Assembly (NCBI GenBank): GCA_951406725.2
Contig: OX597828.1
Coordinates: forward strand, 22,010,001-22,074,000
Length of the DNA stretch: 64,000 bases
Origin: Octopus vulgaris
Lineage: Eukaryota
Reading direction: 5' to 3'
The translations under genes and the position numbers were made by a program. The notes below the pieces were generated by a model. That model had not been told where the DNA came from, did not search any database, and was given only the letters and a program-made list of their open reading frames with translations. Position 1 is the stretch's first letter; each line of letters opens with the position of its first letter. Of this stretch, positions 1 to 13,828 are shown piece after piece.

Positions 1-129
1 AGTAAATGTGAAAGAGGAAGACAGTCAGATAAGATTACGGCGAGGGGCAACGACAACGTGGAGAAGGACATACACATAGGATTAAGGAGCTAAGAGAGAG
101 TGACTACGGTATGAGGGCACTGGCTATTG

Positions 130-744
130 TGTAACGGTATGAGTTTATTTATGTTTTGATATGTGAAAAAAGAAGGAAAAAGAAGCGTTGAAATGTAGAA
201 GAATTGATGTGTTGAAAAAAGAGAAAGAAGGAAAGAGGAAAAAGAAAGAACTGTGTAAATACATTGTGAAAAGAGTTGTGGAAAAGAAAGAAAGAAGGAG
301 AAAGACTCTAATGTATTGAACTGTATCGTTAATGTAGAACTAATTTGTCTCTGGACTTTAATGTGAACGTTATTTGATTTGAACTGTTGTCTCTGAACTG
401 TTATTGTACCTGCATGCTTTGATTTGTTGTTTTCTTGCTTTCTTGCACGTATTTTCTTTGATGTATTTGATGTAATAATTGTTATAAACTACTGTTGTTA
501 AATGTAGCCAATTGCCTTCCGCCGTCTCTCTTTGGGTGTCTCTCTTCCTGTTGTTGTTGTATGTTGTTGTTCTCTCCGGTCGCCGGTTGCCGAGTTCGCT
601 GCCGCCTTCTCCCCCACCGAATTCTCTCTCTCCGAGTCCGTCGCGAGTTCGTCGATCGATCAGGCCGATAAATCGTCGTCGCTCGACTTGGTAGAGTCCC
701 GGGTTTTTCCGAAGAGTTTGAGCGACGGCAGGTGGTTCGTAACA
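130..744 (-). mobile_element. Candidate solo LTR-like sequence
   Basis: Ends TGTAACG...CGTAACA (TG..CA, 6/7 inverted match). AATAAA lies just before the end on the minus strand, and there is a GC-rich promoter-like block at 510-740. No matching TSD or PBS seen. Confidence 0.3.
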
Positions 745-1554
745 ATATATATTTGACATCTTGCAACACATTTGCCTAAGCCATTGACCTCTGCTACAGC
801 TCCTGTTCATACCTGGTGCCCAAGGTCAACGGCATCCACTCATGTACCTTAGCTGAAGCGGTATATCAGGTTACTGAATACGGTGAGGCACATGAGAGAC
901 TTTGTGGGTTGAATACGAGACAGTGGCGCCCGCTCTCCATACAATATGGATGCAGCGTGTTACACACCAAAGGTGCACAAACCGGAAACATGAATATGTA
1001 AAGTGATGATGTAGTAGCCATGAACAAATGTCTTGATTATTTGAATATAATCAAATATCATACAGATAAACTTTCATATTATCCTCCAGTTTATCTGCAG
1101 CCTTCAGGAGATAAACTTATAAAATGAAGTTTAGACTCATAGATTCTCTGAAGAATGAAGGGTGAACGTATCAGAAGCGACTGTAGAAATGAAAGAATCC
1201 TAGACATGAATAAAGATAATATTGTTACTTCCGATTAATTAGTATGTGTCTGGTGTTTACACAACAACAGCGACGCTGGTGGCGGATTGCGACGGATTCG
1301 AACTCTGCACACCGCCGTTGGGATTGATCAGTGTAGCCTATTAATTTGTAGCTTGTGCAGCGACGTCGTTTCTTGGAGACGGTCAGCGGCCGCTTGTTCT
1401 GTTATTACATATTTTTTATTACATAACGCCTGGCGTGTAAGGAAATCTCAAGTATTCTATCTCGACACACCTACATCAAAAAGGCAGCAGCAGATTGCTC
1501 ACACCAATGACAGACGGAAACATGTACCGCCTCGCATACACAGACACATATAAA

Positions 1555-1618
1555 TATGCATGTATGTATGTATGAATATATATATACATGTATATATATA
1601 TATGTATATATATATATC

Positions 1619-1662
<44 letters not shown>

Positions 1663-1664
1663 CA

Positions 1665-1735
<71 letters not shown>

Positions 1736-1845
1736 ATATATATATATATATATACGTACATACGTATACATATGAATGCATGTATATATATATATATATA
1801 TATATATACAGTGTGTGTGAGAGTGTTTATGTGTGTGTGTGTGTA
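1555..1845. repeat. Compound (TA)n/(TG)n microsatellite, representative of dozens in the window
   Basis: Direct reading; such tracts generate the [12 protein letters not shown] ORFs. Confidence 0.97.
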
Positions 1846-2356
1846 GAATATTGGACGGTCGTTGTAAGCAGGCCACCTTTAACACACCATTAGCCTTACG
1901 ATTCTGTATATCGAAATTACCTCGGAGATAATTTATATCTTGTACACACACATACAAACACACGAGACAAAACACACACACACACATATATACGCACAGG
2001 CAAACAGATACCACACCTCTTTCAAACCGTTTAACTCTCTCTCTCTCTCTCTCTCTCTTTCAACTACATTCTCTCTTACTCATGCTTCGTTAATAGCACA
2101 CACAAAATATAATTCGGCTCATATCTTTGCATAAATGCGCACAAACATACATACATACAGAGCCAATCTGCGATGCCATTAACCTTAGGAACATTGAATG
2201 ATATGTTTAGATAAATAGATACATATTAATTAATACGAGAAATTTCCATCCGTTTACTGCTTTCTTTCACATCCTGATCTTTCATATCTCTTCTCCTTTA
2301 TTCTCCATCCTTAACATTTGATTTATAATTTTCTCACACCTTGAATCACATGGTGC

Positions 2357-2483
<127 letters not shown>

Positions 2484-2547
2484 ATTCTATCTATAGACCT
2501 ATCCATCTATCTATGTATATATATATATGTATCTATCTAGCTCTACA

Positions 2548-2579
<32 letters not shown>

Positions 2580-2610
2580 GACATAAGTACATATATAAAA
2601 TATATAAATT

Positions 2611-2648
<38 letters not shown>

Positions 2649-2751
2649 ATGTATAGGTATATTCACATATATTTCCATGCACGCAACTATACATGTACAC
2701 AGATGTACACTATATATATAAGTCACTATACATCTGTGTATATGTATGATT

Positions 2752-2782
<31 letters not shown>

Positions 2783-2904
2783 TATATATATACATATATA
2801 TATATGTGTATGTGTGTGTGTGTATTTATACGTATATAAATATGTGTATACGTATATGAATATATGCATGTATGCATACATATATACATGGCTGTGTGGG
2901 TTTG

Positions 2905-2941
<37 letters not shown>

Positions 2942-3368
2942 GAATACACTAACGTACATATTTCTCTCAACATTTCCTGCTCCCTCAGAAGCCTATCCTT
3001 CCTCCTCATACTCTCACCCCAATCTCTATAACACTTCCCCCTTTTTCCTCTCTCTCTCTCTTTCTCTTTTCCTCCTTTCCCAATATGGCAGCTAGCAAAT
3101 CATCACTTGTATAATATTTCAATGAAATGCCAGTCTCTTATCACTACGAAACCACCAGGTTTCAAATATTATCGAAAGTTCAATGAAGTGTAAATAGGAA
3201 GATAAGTAAAGGAGACACATCTCAAGCAGTCAATTGCATTGAAGTTTTGGGAGTGGGGGGGGGGGGAGAAGAGAAAGGAAAATTTTAGATGCAGAGCAAA
3301 CAGTGTAAACATCAATAAAAACTTGAAAGGGGGCACACTAAGAGGGGAAAATATATGCTTGTACACAC

Positions 3369-3419
<51 letters not shown>

Positions 3420-3527
3420 TGGGGAAAATATATGCTTATAAATACGCACGCACACACACCCACACACACATATATATATATATGTGTGTGTGTATATATA
3501 TATATGCAGACACACACACACATATAT

Positions 3528-3586
<59 letters not shown>

Positions 3587-3783
3587 GATATAGATATATA
3601 CATATATATGTAAATAAGTATGTATATATATTACTGTATATATATATATTTATATGTATATATAGCTATGTATACATATATGTGTGTGTGTATGTATATA
3701 TGTGCATCGCTTTTTCTATTTTTAAAAAACTATGCGAAACAAATCGTGTATGGATGCATATAGGTATCTCTATATGTGCATGC

Positions 3784-3847
<64 letters not shown>

Positions 3848-4069
3848 CTACATGTATTTATTTCTGTATACGCACGGACATGAGTTTGCATACGTGTATA
3901 TGCAGGAATGTACGGCAAAAAATAATATGTGTATGTGTGTTCCTATGAGCTGTGTGTATGCTTAAGATACGTATGAATATGTGTATGGCTGCTCACAAGT
4001 ACATATACACTCATATATACATATGCATAGATTTATGCAAATACCCATACAAGCTCGTGCCCATGTATG

Positions 4070-4131
<62 letters not shown>

Positions 4132-4136
4132 GTATG

Positions 4137-4167
<31 letters not shown>

Positions 4168-4391
4168 TTGTGTGTTTGTCTGTGTGAGTGTGTGCGTTTT
4201 TTGTGTCTATGTAGATAGATGTGCATATGTATGTGTCTGTATATTGAACAGGTATATACCAGTATACGATAGGTGAGTAGGTGTGTAAGGTTGGAGTAAT
4301 TGGGTCTGTTTTTATCGTATGTTCTCTTGAATATCTTTACATCCAAACATGTTAAACTGTCAATACGATTGCTTCTGAAACAACGCTCGCT

Positions 4392-4452
<61 letters not shown>

Positions 4453-5084
4453 TATATGCATGTATATATTAATATATATATGTATATATATTTATATATA
4501 TATAACATATGTATTCATATTACACAATATATGATGGGTTTTTTTTATACGTATAAGTATATTTGTGCGTGTGTATGTTTGTGTGTGTACATTTATGTAT
4601 ATAAGTCTATATAAATATACATGTATTTTCTGCATTTATTTAGTAATCAAACTTTACTAAAAGTCGTACGCCATTATGCAATATGGAAACAGAGACAGAA
4701 GCATTAATAAATTCCTCGGTGGGAATCGTAATATTTATTAACAATTGCTGAGAAACAACTGCGAGGTAACTAGTCTGAAGATAAAATCGTTTTAAACATC
4801 ACCGGAAACAGGCAGGGACAAAATTAGGATTACGATGAGAAATGATGAAATACATAGAATAGAATGTCGTAGAAAATTATATTACAGCCAAAGTAAACCA
4901 TAGTTTAGGCGTAATATCGCCTGCCCTCGGATATATTAGACTAGTAACGTTTAGTCTCATAGTATTTAAAATATATTGTTAATAGTACTAATAAAAACCA
5001 GAATAAGAAAAACGTAAACCAGAAGTGCATGCAATACGAGCAGGCAGAGTAAGGGTATTAAAACTAGTTGTATTAGAGGTGGTG

Positions 5085-5086
<2 letters not shown>

Positions 5087-5161
<75 letters not shown>

Positions 5162-5275
5162 GGTGGTGGTGGTGGTGCTGCTGCTGCTGCTGCTGCTGCT
5201 ACTACTACTACTACTACTATTACTACTACTAACAACAACAAGAACAACAACAACAAGAAAAGCAACAATAACAAC
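5087..5275. repeat. Compound trinucleotide tract (GTA)n(GTG)n(CTG)n(CTA)n(CAA)n
   Basis: Direct reading. Confidence 0.95.
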
Positions 5276-5720
5276 AGCAATTGTAGTAACGATAATTATG
5301 ATTTTATTTATTTGCCATAAGCGTGAAGGGTGACGGGGATAATATAAAGACAGATATAAAGTGTTGGGGTTTGCATATACTGAAATAATAAAAAGATGTA
5401 AGTATACACGGTACACAATGAAAAAGAAGGGACGTATGCGTAGCATACAATGGTTGAGAAAAAGAAGTTGTGGGGAGCATGGTAGAGATGTGGCCTTCTT
5501 GATTCACGAAGGTCTGTAGCGATAATCGAGAAACCCCACTGTCTGAGATTTCCCTGAAACTACAACAGCAAGTGCCGTCTCCAGTTTCTTCTCTCCGACT
5601 CACAGGTCCACACACAGAGAAGTGCCATCCGCTCTTGCTACTTTCGCAACTTTCAATAAACTCACTCGAGGACAGCACTTCACTCTTCAATCTCTGTTTC
5701 CTTTTCAAGTAAGACTTTAA

Positions 5721-5794
<74 letters not shown>

Positions 5795-5809
5795 TAACAA
5801 TAACAATAA

Positions 5810-5860
<51 letters not shown>

Positions 5861-5862
5861 TA

Positions 5863-6196
5863 TCTTGGTATAAAAGATGGTTGTCTTGGTATAAAAGATG
5901 GTTGTCTTGGTATAAAAGATGGTTGTCTTGGTATAAAAGATGGTTGTCTTGGTATAAAAGATGGTTGTCTTGGTATAAAAGATAGTTGTCTTGGTATAAA
6001 AGATGGTTGTCTTGGTATAAAAGATGGTTGTCTTGGTATAAAAGATGGTTATCTTGGTATAAAAGATGGTTGTCTTGGTATAAAAGATGGTTGTCTTGGT
6101 ATAAAATATGGTTGTCTTGGTATAAAATATGGTTGTCTTGGTATAAAAGATGGTTGTCTTGGTATAAAAGATGTTTTGTCTTGGTATAAAAGATGG
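5863..6196 (+). repeat. 21-bp tandem array TCTTGGTATAAAAGATGGTTG, 16 copies of the core, no spacers
   Basis: Units start at 5863, 5884 ... 6157 and 6179. The last copy runs directly into the dispersed element at 6179-6652. Confidence 0.95.
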
Positions 6197-6652
6197 GCTA
6201 CAGCAAATATTCTGCTCAATACCACAGATTTGCTTGTCAGTTGTTTGACCTTAACCAGTTGAGCATGTCCCTTAGTGGCTGACGATATGTGCATCTCTGA
6301 TCACGAGCAGAAGTAGTGGGGGAGCATCATAGCCATGTGTTGAGAGGGATTCTTTGGGGTTTGAATAATTCACCTCTGGAAACATGGGTGGTTCTTTCAA
6401 CATCCTTAAACAACCCTTATTCAGGGACCTTTTGAGCGGGATGGGCTACTCAACCTGAAGAAAATTCTAACTGGGCCCCACCTGCAAGGTCATGTGCTGT
6501 TTATCTTGATATGAGATCACCATGTCGCGCACATATGGTTGTGATGCATGTGCCTGGTGTACCTTTATCAGACGGGTAGTCATGATGGGTATATTGGGCT
6601 TCGTATATTTTACCCCAGTGTCACTTTGATGGCATGCACTGCTCTCTCACTC
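6179..6652 (+). mobile_element. Non-coding retroposon / LINE 3' fragment embedded in (AAT)n
   Basis: Clearly homologous to the reverse complement of 30702-31249. Ends CTCTCTCACTC followed by an (AAT)n tail, with (AAT)n also upstream. Confidence 0.8.
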
Positions 6653-6699
<47 letters not shown>

Positions 6700-6727
6700 T
6701 AATAAGGATAATAATAATAACAATAGC

Positions 6728-6758
<31 letters not shown>

Positions 6759-6774
6759 TTGACTTCAAATTTTT

Positions 6775-7138
6775 TGCCAAAAGGGCTGCTTGGAGGATGG
6801 GATTAAATTGATTACATTGATCCAGCGGGTAACTGGTTCTTAACTAATCGCCCCCACCCTCGAAAGGATAAAATGCGAAGTCAACCTCGGCAAAATTTGA
6901 ACTTAGAACGTAGCGGCAGACGAAATACCTATTTCTATTTCTTTACTACCCACAAAGAGACAAACAGATTAAGTCGATTACATCGACCCCAGTGCGTAAC
7001 TGGTACTTATTTAATCGACCCCGAAAGTATGAAAGGCAAAGTCGACCTCAGCGGAATTTGAACTCAGACCGTAACGGCAGACGAGATACCGCTAAGCATT
7101 TCGCCCGGCGTGCTAACGAATGTGCCAGCTCACCGCCT

Positions 7139-7139
<1 letters not shown>
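6775..7139 (-). mobile_element. tRNA-type SINE (family A): full copy 6926-7139 plus an adjacent partial copy
   Basis: Reverse complement matches 23439-23669 (head AGGCGGTGAGCTGGCA, B-box-like GAGTTCAAATTCC, core GCCTTTCAT..TTCGGGGTCGA..AAGTACCAG). Confidence 0.85.
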
Positions 7140-7233
<94 letters not shown>

Positions 7234-7287
7234 TTAAAAATAATAATAACAATAATAATAATAATAATGATGATGATGATGATGATA

Positions 7288-7343
<56 letters not shown>

Positions 7344-8221
7344 ATAATAGAGATGAAATAAATCAAATGACTGTACCCGTAAAATAATTAGTTGGCAGAT
7401 ATTACATAAAAAAAAAAACATTTTGCGGTATAACCCTCTATGCCTTTTATACTCTCATGCATTTTTTTTTGCCCTTAAATGATTTTCCCTGAATAATAAA
7501 TAATTAGCTGGATCCCCCTTCATTTAAGCTGATATTCTATAAGTTTTGCAATAATTAATCGGAGCACTTTAATCAATATGAATTAAGTAAATAAATAAGA
7601 AGCGCTTCAATTTATTAACCTTATTACTTTTTTGATATGCTAATCAATATAAACACAGGGAATAGCTTTTGGAGAAGAACGTCGGCAAGTGATTTACAAA
7701 ATGTTTTACTGAAGTCAAATGTCACGCTTGGCGCTTGCGATCCGATGAGATGCTATCCCAATTTACAGGTACAGCCCCTATAATGGACGCCGCTGTGTTT
7801 AATGGCATATATTAAATATAACTTTCAACTATAATTTACAACATCAATCTGTTATTCACAATTGGTGAGCTGTTGATTCACCGTTATGTTACTGCACGCT
7901 TTAATATCATCACGCTTGCTATCCATCTTCTAGATTAACGGATTATATATCCACCCACTTTAATGGTGGAAATTCTGATCCGAAATTTTAATTACTGATG
8001 ATCTGTTGATTCAGCATCATATCGTCGTGCGCTTGTATATTGGGTAATCCTGATGAGGTAGGAGCAGAGTGACGTAATAACATCAATCCGCTGTCCACTC
8101 TTTAGGATTCACGGATTATAAGTCTAACCAATTTACATTTCTTAAATGGTGCTAATCCTCATGCGAAATTCCACTTGTTGGTGAGCTGTTGATTCTTCAG
8201 CATGTCAATTCAAGCTTTATA

Positions 8222-8697
8222 CAGGGTGCAACAAAATGATCTGACACATTTGTAGGTTTGATAAAAGTGAAATAGAGTAATATGTACATATAATACCATT
8301 TTGTTTCAATAGGTGCCATTTTTGACATTTTGTTTCACTTCGCTTTCGTTGTGGAGACGTTTATCAAGAACAACGAATCCGTAACTGCGGTACGAAGAGC
8401 ATTCCGTGTGCACTTAAGGCTAGATAGACATGATCCCTACTCGAAATTCTGCGGCAGTAGAATTCGTCATTTGGGGTTCGTAATTCTTCGAAGAAGATAA
8501 TGTTACAGTGACTGTGAACTCTGATCGATATTGTGTGATGCGTAGGAGTGGCTGTGTTAAGTAGCTTGCTTACCAACCAAATGGTTCCGGGTTCAGTTCC
8601 ACTGCGTGGCACCTTGGTCAAGTATCTTCTACTATAGCCTCGGGCCGACCAAAGCCTTGTGAGTGGAAACTGAAAGAAGCCCGTCGCATATATGTAC

Positions 8698-8742
<45 letters not shown>

Positions 8743-9425
8743 AGTGTGTGTGTGTGTGTATGTTTGTGTGTCTGTGGTTGTCCCACCAACATCGCTTGAC
8801 AACCGACGCTGGTGTGTTTACGTCATCGTAGCCTAGCAGTTCGGCAAAAGAGACCGATAGAATAAGTACTAGGCTCCCAAAGAATAAGTTCTGGGATCGA
8901 TTTGCTCGACTAAAGGCGGTGCTCCAGCATGGCCACAGTCAAATGACTGAAACAAGTAAAACAGTATGGGGACAATGTTTGGCTTCCACAGGATGGGACA
9001 CCAACCCACACTTCACGACTTGTGATGGGGATTTGGAGGGAGATGTTCCACGGTGATTTGATCTCATTGCAAGGTGCCATCGGCTAACCCACCTGATCAC
9101 CTGATTTGAACCCGTGCGATTTTTTATTGTGAGGGTACACGAAATCAGAGGTATACAGTCATCGCACCCGATTTACTGAACAACTAAAAGAGAGGCCATT
9201 CGTCAAGAAATTGCTGCCATCCCGCAGGAAATGACCCGTCGAGTCATGGACAAATTTCGTGAATGCTTTCGACAGTAACTATACCCACCTGACTGATTTA
9301 AGTGATACAACCAAATGAAACGGAATGACTTTATATGTACATTTTGTAAATTGAAACATATTCTTTGTTCTTTATTTTGTTTTTATTAGCTCAACAAATA
9401 AGTCACATCATTTCGCCGCACTTCG
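8222..9425 (+). mobile_element. Degenerate, internally deleted Tc1/mariner-superfamily element interrupted by a SINE
   Basis: TA-flanked imperfect ~32-bp TIRs (CAGGGTGCAACAAAATGATCTGAC vs CGAAGTGCGGCGAAATGATGTGAC). 8975-9160 translates as WLPQDGTPTHTS...SPDLNPCDFLL, a transposase catalytic region with stops. Confidence 0.8.
8540..8965 (+). mobile_element. tRNA-type SINE (family B, CORE-like, internal TA/TG microsatellite)
   Basis: A/B-box-like head GGAGTGGCTGTGT...GGTTCAGTTCC and CORE-like CACCTTGGTCAAGT. Several homologous copies in the window. Confidence 0.9.
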
Positions 9426-9836
9426 TATTTAGTAAACCTGATTAGATGATTATAAAGTAACGTATTACATATTTTGGTGGATGCTTTGCATACTATATTA
9501 CCCGCTACTTAATCTTTACGTCACAATAAAGAATCTTAATGTAACAATAGTAGCAGTACCTGATAACACATTTGTCTGTTATTATAATGTCTGTACGCCA
9601 TATTAACCGTACCATTCATCTTTGGATAATGTTGGAGTTGAGGATTACCAAAGAACAGTGATTTTCCCTTCATCGCTACATGCCGTATTATTGTAATTGA
9701 GTACTTAGCTGTCTGATCTGTGTCATTTTAGTTAGCCAATCATTTGTGGCGACTGGCACTTTGATATGACCAGAATACTAATGGATAATCGTTAATCAAT
9801 TAAATCTCTCTGTTTCAGACTGTCTGTATATATGTA

Positions 9837-9867
<31 letters not shown>

Positions 9868-10125
9868 ATGTATGTATGTATGTATGTATGTATGTATGTA
9901 TGTATGTATGGTATGTACGTATGTATGTATGTTTTGGTTAAGTGAGTCTCCTGCTATTCTGATTATCCAGCGGAGGTACACAGGATTTTCGCATGAAATT
10001 CGAGTTTTCAAGAAAATATATTTCAAACAGATTTACAAACTATTTCATGTATTGAGTACTGATGAATTATTGATGTGTAAACTGCTATAATTCAGACAAT
10101 ATACGTACACACACACAATACTCAC

Positions 10126-10230
<105 letters not shown>

Positions 10231-10321
10231 TGTATGTGTATATATCTATCAATCTCTCTCTCTCTACACATACACACGCACGCACGCACACACAGACACG
10301 CAGACAGACACATACACACAC

Positions 10322-10421
<100 letters not shown>

Positions 10422-10727
10422 ACAATTGCAGCGTAGAAGATGTTTGTAAGCGATTTAAGAACACTCACACAAAACAATCCCAATAGATTCATTTCATCAT
10501 TTCAACTTAATTTGTGTCAAAGTATTTTCGTCGCTTCGAAACCGCATCCTGTTCACTGAACAAAACTTCATGTTTACAAATGGATTACAAACATCTTCCA
10601 AACACCCATTACTTTTATTCAGCACACGATCCTAGATCAAGTCACGTGCTATGCAAGTACAGCTCCAAAATATATATATACATAACTAATTGCATATGTG
10701 AATGTGTATATATACATATATATATAT

Positions 10728-10765
<38 letters not shown>

Positions 10766-10829
10766 GCATATATATGTATGCATACATTCATATATACATA
10801 TATATGCTATATATATATCTATCTATCTA

Positions 10830-10875
<46 letters not shown>

Positions 10876-10968
10876 ATATACATATATACATTCAAAATAT
10901 GACCGCGTGTGTACCGTTGGCGATTTTTTTCCTCAGTCGTTCCTTCTTTGGATCTTTCCTTTTCCTAT

Positions 10969-11004
10969 GTTTCTGACGAAGAGCTCCGCTTGGAAACGTT
11001 AAAT
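10969..11004 (+). ncRNA. Minimal type I hammerhead-like motif in a Penelope/DIRS-type terminal fragment (~10880-11090)
   Basis: gttt CTGACGA a GAGC tcc GCTT g GAAA CG TT aaat; helix III is the palindrome ACGT. Confidence 0.6.
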
Positions 11005-11120
11005 CCTCCTTCTTTCTTTCCTTTCCTGAGCGTCCAATAACATACATATATATATATATATATACTTGTTCCACGTCCTCGCGTTGTTGAAGATCCAAAT
11101 AAGAAAGACTTTACACGCTC

Positions 11121-11175
<55 letters not shown>

Positions 11176-11189
11176 TCATATATATGTAT

Positions 11190-11243
<54 letters not shown>

Positions 11244-11273
11244 TACTTTCTTAAAGCCCCAAGACGTCACAAA

Positions 11274-11312
11274 CTGTTACTCAGGGTTTCACGAGATCGA
11301 TCATCAGACAAT
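11274..11312 (-). ncRNA. Degenerate minimal hammerhead-like motif
   Basis: Minus strand reads tgt CTGATGA tcgatctcgt GAAA C cctga G TA aca, followed by a short tail ending in (TA)n. Confidence 0.4.
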
Positions 11313-12489
11313 TGTGATATATATTTAAGTGAATGTGTGCATATGCTGCCTTTCTCAACAAAGTGTGAAATGAACCTTGGTGCATGAAATTCTTCTTCCC
11401 CCTGCATAACTTTAGCATTTGACTTTTATGAGACATACATATAATATGCACATATCAATTTGTTTAAGTTTGGAACATTAATTGATTTTTCAAACACACA
11501 CGCATATAGGATGATGCTTCTGGGCCTATATAAGCTTTCGATACATGACAGTCATCCTGTAAAAGACGCAACAGATGCAACAGAGGATATGTTAAAAATC
11601 TAATATCATTTCCAGTTACGTTCTCGCACGTATGTTGCAATTATTCGGCTATAAACGACTAAATGTTATTTCCGTTAGACTGCTTTGCTTGTCGAAGTAA
11701 AGACTTTCAGTGCTATTCAATAATTAAAAATAAGCAAAGCTATATGTACAGTTACACGAAGTTCTTTGAAATAATACTAAAACGGAGGTGCGGTGGGAGG
11801 ATGTCGAATAAACGGAGCGAGAAAAGAGTTTGGACGTGTTGATTGTCTACAGCGCTAGGAACTAAGCAAATGGTTTCTAAATTTTATTGTATGGCTTTAT
11901 GGCAGCCATATATTATGAAGTCATACCTTTAATTATCCAGGCTGCTATGTTTAGTTCCTATCTGCAATAAATGACATAGTTTATTATTTTTATCGCACCT
12001 ACCGAACGTTTAAAATCTCGCCACACGACAAAAATTAGGGAGACTTTTAGCGTACTTCTTGGCTTATTTTTTATTGTTAATTAACTTTTAGATTCTTACA
12101 TATAAACTATGCATGCCATTTTTGTAGTAGAAACATTCGTAAATGAAACGAGGACTGTTTGACCGAATCAGTAATTCAGGAAGCACAACGCCTGGTTGTA
12201 TCTTTTTTGTTTTTGTCTTTAGCATTTTACGATTTCTGAGTTCGATCTACATTGAAATAAATGTTTACATTTTCGTCCCTTCGTTAATTAAATTCGTGAT
12301 AGCTAAGTGCCATGGTAGGTATAATCTGTTGCCTCTTCGTACATTTCATCGGGAAAATTTTGGTCATTTGTCCCTACCTAAGGAATCAATACTTATTAAA
12401 TCAAGAACTATTCAAGTCCAAAATCTGTAGAGCAACAAGCAAATGGGCGTGCGCCGTTTAGTTATGTACTTTTGACACTCTTATCATTT

Positions 12490-12712
12490 AGCTTTTACTT
12501 TCGTCAGACATTAGACTGTGACCATGCTGGTGTACTGCATTGAAGAAGTTTTAGTCAAATGAATCGACCCCAGGACTGATATTTTAAGACTGTTCGATTG
12601 GTATATTGCGCCGAACCGCTAAGTTACAGAGACATACACACACGAACACCGGTTGTAAAACGTTGATATGGGACAAGCACGCACACATACACGCAAACAG
12701 AAACACACACGC

Positions 12713-12749
<37 letters not shown>

Positions 12750-12891
12750 CGACGGACTTCCAGTTTTCGTCTACGAAATCCACTCACAGGACTTTGGTCA
12801 GTCCGAGGCTATATATATAGGCACTGGTCCAAGTTCCGGATCTGAACCCAGAAGCATATGGTTGGAAATTAGGCTTCTTACCACACAGCCA
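12490..12891 (-). mobile_element. SINE family B, diverged copy; partial copies also at ~13625-13800, 15050-15255, 21140-21215, 30250-30510, 47440-47600, 48555-48660
   Basis: Shares blocks GCCGAACCGCTAAGTTAC, CAGTTT..CGTCTAC.AAATCCACTCACA and CTTACCACACAGCCA with 8540 and 18466. Confidence 0.85.
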
Positions 12892-13779
12892 AATTCATTT
12901 GGCTCGTGTTTCTACACATTGCGGTCGTTAACACAACATTAGTAAAATAAAAACAAACGAACAAAAACAAAAAGTGAACAAAAAAAACAAAAAAAAAACA
13001 ACTAAATAATCGGTCTCGACGTAATCAATTAATTTCACATTTTTAAATGTTTGGACTTGTGCCAAAGTTTGATACGAAAAACATTTAATGAAACGACACA
13101 ATTTCGTGTCTAATGGTACTTCGTGAATTGGCAGAATCGATAGAGTTCTGAAAAGATGCCTTAGATTATTTTGGTCCGTCCACATACGTCCCGATCTCAG
13201 AGTCAGTCGTTGTGATGGCCTTTACCATCTACATTTCCAATGTTGATGCTAGAGAACGACAATGGAGTTGGTATCTACTCAAGAATAACGATAAGCCTCA
13301 CGTGTCTTTGGACTGTTGCGATGACTCATTAAGCAAGAAGTTCAGCTGAATGAACATTCAGTTATCATTGGCGAAACTGACGGATACCCATTTACAGTAG
13401 TACGGTACGTTATAATCATATTATGAATTTTTTTGTGATGGTTCAATATATTGTAGCTATGCTCACGAGTTTTGCAGAGCAATATTTATTTAGCTACGGC
13501 ATTCGAGGACAACTGTCTATACTAGACAGTGTCTAAAATTAGTATATACAAAACACTAGACAGAAATACATTTTATAAACCTTGTTTTATATGGGTATCT
13601 TTTTTCTATCTTTTATCTCTCAAATTTTCAGTCATTAGGAGGCGAATGGATCGACCCTAGTACTTATTTATGCATAAGATGCACAAGAGTAATTTTCATT
13701 TGCCGAACCGCTAAGTTACGGGTACGTAAACATACTGACAGCAGTGCGTCAAGCAGTGGTGGAGGACAGATACATACAG

Positions 13780-13828
<49 letters not shown>

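Noticed and set aside
5304-5708. 134-aa ORF as a host exon
   Set aside because: No recognisable domain, a non-ATG start, and it lies between simple repeats.
5863-6196. CRISPR-like array, or a SWYKRWL repeat peptide gene
   Set aside because: The units are contiguous with no spacers, there are no cas genes, the context is eukaryotic, and the unit derives from the adjacent retroposon.
9740-9800. Minus-strand INDYPLVF resembling the cadherin DxNDNxPxF motif
   Set aside because: A single weak motif followed by stops, with no other cadherin motif in register.
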